From Candidatus Omnitrophota bacterium (GTDB taxonomy: Bacteria > Omnitrophota > Gorgyraeia > Zapsychrales > Fredricksoniimonadaceae): a DNA stretch of 64,000 nt. This document shows positions 58,686-64,000 of the stretch, piece after piece. The first letter of the stretch is position 1, and each line of letters starts with the position of its first letter. Made by a program: the position numbers and the translations under genes. The stretch lies in contig CAIUQE010000006.1 of assembly GCA_903901225.1 (NCBI GenBank), positions 15,369-79,368 on the forward strand, written 5' to 3'. A model generated the notes under the pieces. The model was not told the origin of the DNA, ran no database searches, and saw only the letters and a list, made by a program, of their open reading frames with translations.

Positions 58686-59070
58686 AGACGGCATACCGCA
58701 ATTTTTTGAACCCGGCCGCCACGCGGGCGTCCTTGAGCTTGGCGAACTCCTCCAACACCCGTAATGACTCCTTGACCCGTTGGGCATTGGCATAGTAAAT
58801 GTCACCCACGCCATCACGGCGGGACTCCCGCCCGATCGTCGCCCGGCCGACATCCCCGGTGATATCCCTGGCGGCCGCCATATCTTTCAACCCGAACCCG
58901 GCCGCGGCCGCGGTAACGCCATGACGGATCTTCTTGAACCGCGCCGTGACCTTCGGATCATCCCGCAGGAAGCGAAAAATGTCCTCACAGACCCGCAGCC
59001 CTTCCTTGGCACGGTTATAATTGGCATCGATCACGCGGCCTATCTGGGGATGTTTCAGGCGCGAAGGCAT
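58651..59070 (-). CDS. Stand-alone ThiD2-type domain protein
   Basis: RVIDANYNRAKEGLRVCEDI...RVKESLRVLEEF...RYAVYDIEK. Confidence 0.8.
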   Translation of the reverse strand: MPSRLKHPQIGRVIDANYNRAKEGLRVCEDIFRFLRDDPKVTARFKKIRHGVTAAAAGFGLKDMAAARDITGDVGRATIGRESRRDGVGDIYYANAQRVKESLRVLEEFAKLKDARVAAGFKKLRYAVYDIEKETLGKI

Positions 59071-59546
59071 TGGCGCTGGATCTTTGCGATGATGCTGGTC
59101 GTGGACAGATGGTCGATATACGTGATGAACTCCACGCGGCCGCCGTTCGCCTTCACGGTGTCACTGCCCGCGACCACCTTGCCTTTCCAGTCAGCACCCT
59201 TGATCAGGACCTGGGGCTTGACCGCCTTGATCAGCGCCGACGGCGTTGGATCATCAAAAATAACAACAAAATCAACGCAGGCCAGCCCCGCGAGGACCGC
59301 GGCCCGCTGGTCCTGGGGCACGATCGGCCTCTGGGGCCCCTTGTCAAGCGTGCGCACGGACACATCGCTGTTAAGCCCCACAACGAGTATCCTGTCCTGC
59401 TTTTTGGCCCTCTCCAGATAACTCACATGCCCGTAATGAAGGATGTCGAAACAACCATTGGTAAAAGCAATGCAGCGCCGGCGGCGCAACGACGCCAGCT
59501 TCTTAATGAGGCCCGGGAGTGTGACGATCTTGTCCGAACTTTTCAT
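59055..59546 (-). CDS. rfaE2: D-glycero-beta-D-manno-heptose 1-phosphate adenylyltransferase
   Basis: FTNGCFDILHYGH, GLNSD, KGAD, STT. Confidence 0.92.
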   Translation of the reverse strand: MKSSDKIVTLPGLIKKLASLRRRRCIAFTNGCFDILHYGHVSYLERAKKQDRILVVGLNSDVSVRTLDKGPQRPIVPQDQRAAVLAGLACVDFVVIFDDPTPSALIKAVKPQVLIKGADWKGKVVAGSDTVKANGGRVEFITYIDHLSTTSIIAKIQRQCLRA

Positions 59547-60112
59547 TTTAAGAAAGCATTCTCGACGACCTCGCAAATAGCATGAAAGATCGTGATATGG
59601 GATTCCTGGATACGCGCCGTTACGGAAGAGGCGACTACAACACTGATGTCAGCGGCCGCGGCCGCGGGTCCTCCATTACCACCCGTGAACGCCACGGTCG
59701 TAATGCCACGGGACTTCGCGGCCTCAAACGCTTTCAGGACGTTCTTTGACCTGCCGCTCGTCGATATCCCGAAAGCAACATCGCCCTTGTGCCCCAGAGC
59801 TTCCAGCTGACGGGAAAAAACAATATCATAACTGTAATCATTCGCCAAAGATGTGAGGATGGACGTATCGGTCGTGAGCGCGATGGCGGCCAGCGCGCGG
59901 CGCTCCTTCTGAAAACGGCCAATGAACTCCGCGGCCACATGCTGGCTGTCAGCCGCGGATCCTCCGTTACCAAAAAAGAAAAGCGTCCCGCCGCCCTTGA
60001 GGCAGTCGATCGACACCCGTGCCGCCTTCTCGATGGCGTCAATGTTGGCGTCAAGCGCCTGTTGCTTGACGGCAATGGAATCAGCGATAATGGAACGGAT
60101 GTTGTTTTTCAT
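59543..60112 (-). CDS. gmhA: Phosphoheptose isomerase
   Basis: GNGGSAADSQH, NDY, STSG, ARIQESH. Confidence 0.94.
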   Translation of the reverse strand: MKNNIRSIIADSIAVKQQALDANIDAIEKAARVSIDCLKGGGTLFFFGNGGSAADSQHVAAEFIGRFQKERRALAAIALTTDTSILTSLANDYSYDIVFSRQLEALGHKGDVAFGISTSGRSKNVLKAFEAAKSRGITTVAFTGGNGGPAAAAADISVVVASSVTARIQESHITIFHAICEVVENAFLK

Positions 60113-60128
60113 AGGCGCGCTCCAGTCC

Positions 60129-60737
60129 TCAAGCCCTGTAACCGTGGAACGGGACAGAACCCAGGCCCGGCGCGTCATCCTCGTCGTTGCTCCGGCCCTT
60201 ACGGAGGGCATCGGTGGCTATCTTGACAACATGGACGCTGATATTGACCTGTTCGTCAGCGCCAATGACATCCTGGATCTTACGCTTGATGATGCTCTGC
60301 AATTCCGCGGTCATTTCAGGGATGTTCACGTCCGAACGAAGAACAAGGCGCATGTCCACGTCCAGGCCGTTCTTTGTTGAGGCGATCGTCGGGCGGATCT
60401 CCTTGATCTGCGGCGTGTGGACCACGACACGGCGGATAAGGTCTTCGATGGCGGCAAGCGAGATCGTGACCCGGCCGAGCGGGTTCTCGAAATGGATCAG
60501 GCGTTCCTGCTGCTGGCGCCCGAAAATGATGCGCGCCAGGACAAGGCTTGTCAGCATGATAGCCGCGATGACAACAGCGGTCAGCATGCCCGCTTTCCCG
60601 TCAACGTAGATGAATTTCAAAAGGCTCAGGTACTGGTTGAAATCAACGGCATGGGCCAGGACGAGGAGCGCGGTGACCCCCACCAGCGTGATAACAAACA
60701 CATAAAAGAATATCGCCAGCCGGATAAAAAAATTCAT
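60129..60737 (-). CDS. AmaP-like membrane anchor protein
   Basis: Two TM helices, G.VTISL.AIEDL, Asp23-like C-terminus; adjacent to an asp23-family gene. Confidence 0.75.
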   Translation of the reverse strand: MNFFIRLAIFFYVFVITLVGVTALLVLAHAVDFNQYLSLLKFIYVDGKAGMLTAVVIAAIMLTSLVLARIIFGRQQQERLIHFENPLGRVTISLAAIEDLIRRVVVHTPQIKEIRPTIASTKNGLDVDMRLVLRSDVNIPEMTAELQSIIKRKIQDVIGADEQVNISVHVVKIATDALRKGRSNDEDDAPGLGSVPFHGYRA

Positions 60738-60740
60738 GGG

Positions 60741-61091
60741 TCAACCCCTTTCAATGCCCTGGATGCTCACATCCACATCTTTCAGATTTATGTCCGCCAT
60801 CTTCTCGACAGCGGTCATCACCACATCCTGGACCCGGCGGGAAACATCCGCGAGGTTGAGCCCGTAACGCACAAGGACCTTCACAACGACACTGACCTGA
60901 CCGGCCGCGTCAAGCCTGACATCGACCGCCGAATTCTTGCGTCCGCCGAAGATGGCGCAAATATCTTCAAGAGGGACGTTGCGCGCCATGGCAACACCAT
61001 CGACCTCAAGGACTGCGGCCACGCAAATATCGGCGATCACGCGCTTGTGCACCTGGATGATGCCCAGATCGATCTTGTTTTCAGGTCTCAT
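60741..61091 (-). CDS. Asp23/Gls24 family protein
   Basis: LGIIQVHKRVIA...EVDGV...YG.NL..V...VQ..V...VEKM. Confidence 0.85.
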   Translation of the reverse strand: MRPENKIDLGIIQVHKRVIADICVAAVLEVDGVAMARNVPLEDICAIFGGRKNSAVDVRLDAAGQVSVVVKVLVRYGLNLADVSRRVQDVVMTAVEKMADINLKDVDVSIQGIERG

Positions 61092-61098
61092 GGCGGCG

Positions 61099-62448
<1,350 letters not shown>

Positions 62449-62470
62449 AAGAAGTCTCTTGGTTTCTAAA

Positions 62471-62917
62471 TCACTTCGCCGGATCGACGCGGAACAGGAC
62501 CTGGCCGAATTCCACCGGTTCAGTATTGTCCACGCAGATCTCCACCACTTTGCCGCGGACCTCTGACTTGATCTCGTTCATGAGCTTCATGGCCTCAACG
62601 ATACAGACCACCTGCCCTACCTCGACCGTCTGGCCGATCTCAACGAACGGCGCCGCTTCCGGCGAAGGCGCGCGGTAGAACGTGCCCACCATCGGGGATT
62701 TGACATCTTTGGTCGTACTGGCCGCGGCCGGCTGCGCGGGGGCAGGTTCCGCCGCCCTCGCGGTCGCGACGGGAATGGCGGGGATCGAGTACACTGAAGG
62801 CGCAGGCTCCACGGCCTTCTTCAGTTTGATCACCGTCCCGTCGTGCTCAAGCTCAAGTTCGGCCAGCCCGTGCTCGTTCATCAGGTCGATCATCTCTTTG
62901 ACTTCTTTTAAATTCAT
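62471..62917 (-). CDS. accB: Biotin carboxyl carrier protein
   Basis: [16 protein letters not shown]. Confidence 0.96.
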   Translation of the reverse strand: MNLKEVKEMIDLMNEHGLAELELEHDGTVIKLKKAVEPAPSVYSIPAIPVATARAAEPAPAQPAAASTTKDVKSPMVGTFYRAPSPEAAPFVEIGQTVEVGQVVCIVEAMKLMNEIKSEVRGKVVEICVDNTEPVEFGQVLFRVDPAK

Positions 62918-63483
62918 CGTTTCACCCTTTCGACGTATTCCCCGTTGCGCGTGTCGATCTTGATATCCTCATCGACATTCACGAACAACGGAACGAGGAC
63001 AGTTGCGCCCGTCTCGATCGTGGCAGGCTTGGTGTTGGACTTCGTTGAATCTCCCTTGACCCCGGGCTCGGTACTGACGATCCTGGTAACAATGAAATTC
63101 GGCATCGCTACCTTGAGGACCTTGTCCTGATAGACGAAACCGCTGATCTCCATGTTATCCATCAGGAATTTTACCACATTCTCACCCAATTCGTCCCTGG
63201 AAACCCGTTGTTCTTCAAACGTGGTCTGGTCCATGAAATGGTACATGCCATCCGCGTTATACAGGTACTGCAACCGGCGCTCTTCCAGCGGGATATCTTC
63301 GAGTGTCTCCGCGGAACGGTAGGTCCGTTCAACCGTATTACCGCTCTTAAGGTAACGCAGCCTGATGCGGACGAACGCGCTCCCCTTGCCCGGCTTCACA
63401 TGGCTGAAATCCACGATGGTACATATTTCGCCATCGACTTTCAGGGCCATCCCTTTTTCAACTTCATTGATCGTGATTGACAC
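62914..63483 (-). CDS. efp: Elongation factor P
   Basis: KPGKGSAF, PGVKGD, VPLFV. Confidence 0.96.
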   Translation of the reverse strand: MSITINEVEKGMALKVDGEICTIVDFSHVKPGKGSAFVRIRLRYLKSGNTVERTYRSAETLEDIPLEERRLQYLYNADGMYHFMDQTTFEEQRVSRDELGENVVKFLMDNMEISGFVYQDKVLKVAMPNFIVTRIVSTEPGVKGDSTKSNTKPATIETGATVLVPLFVNVDEDIKIDTRNGEYVERVKR

Positions 63484-64000
63484 TTAAGACCTCACATCCT
63501 TTTTTAGTGACAAGGACCATTTCTTCCAAACGGATCCCGTATTCTCCGGGAAAATAAACACCCGGCTCCACCGTAAAAACCATATTTTCCGCGAGGACCA
63601 CCTCATTGCTGAAGGAGATCCTTGGCGCTTCATGCACTTCAAGCCCTACGCCATGCCCCAGCGAGTGAGAGAACTTTTCCGCCAGGCCATGTTTTTTCAA
63701 ATGATCCCGCGCGGCGGCATCTACTTCTTTAGCCTTCACCCCCGGCCGGATCACTTTAAATGCTTCATGCTGGGCATCCCGGACAATGGCCAGGTTATTT
63801 CTGAATGAGGGCGGCATTTTACCCAAAAAAAACATGCGTGTCAAGTCAGACTTGTAACCTTTCCAATCCATCCCTAAGTCTATGAGAACAGGCTCGTTAT
63901 GACGCAAGCGACGATCTGTTACCCGCGCGTGCGGATACGATGAATTTGGGCCCGAAGCAATGATCGGATCAAAAGAAAAAGCAATGCCCTTCGCACGGAT
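63464..64000 (-). CDS. Xaa-Pro aminopeptidase (M24), 5' part outside window
   Basis: IDLG, SDLTR, HSLGHGVGLEVHE, TVEPG, GIRLE; frame open to the right edge. Confidence 0.92.
   Translation of the reverse strand: MRAKGIAFSFDPIIASGPNSSYPHARVTDRRLRHNEPVLIDLGMDWKGYKSDLTRMFFLGKMPPSFRNNLAIVRDAQHEAFKVIRPGVKAKEVDAAARDHLKKHGLAEKFSHSLGHGVGLEVHEAPRISFSNEVVLAENMVFTVEPGVYFPGEYGIRLEEMVLVTKKGCEVLSVNHDQ

Overview
GC-rich chromosomal segment, with almost all real genes on the minus strand. The PVC-signature small basic protein and overall gene content suggest a PVC-superphylum bacterium, probably Candidatus Omnitrophota (inference). The backbone is housekeeping: rsmE, recO-ybeY-phoH, aspS-hisS-HU, dnaE, guaA/guaB-like, groEL/ES with two CIRCE boxes, coaX, uvrB, aroB, dGTPase, tRNA-Gly(CCC), thiE, rfaE2/gmhA, accBC, efp. 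The main unusual feature is three ~1000-aa paralogues. They share a signal peptide plus ~340-aa N-terminal domain and a short C-terminal 'GGID[LM]' tail, but each brackets an unrelated, AT-richer carbohydrate-active cargo: lytic-transglycosylase-like, six-hairpin-glycosidase-like and GT2 glycosyltransferase. This is a candidate modular carrier/cargo export or effector system. Also present: a >=2880-aa surface protein missing from the ORF track that runs off the left edge; an archaeal-type Hel308/Ski2-like helicase; short MITE-like elements (CCCGGATTTT ends, 5-bp AT-rich target duplications) flanking an AAA/DUF4143 ATPase; and a VapBC pair. All assignments come from motif reading by eye; no searches were run.
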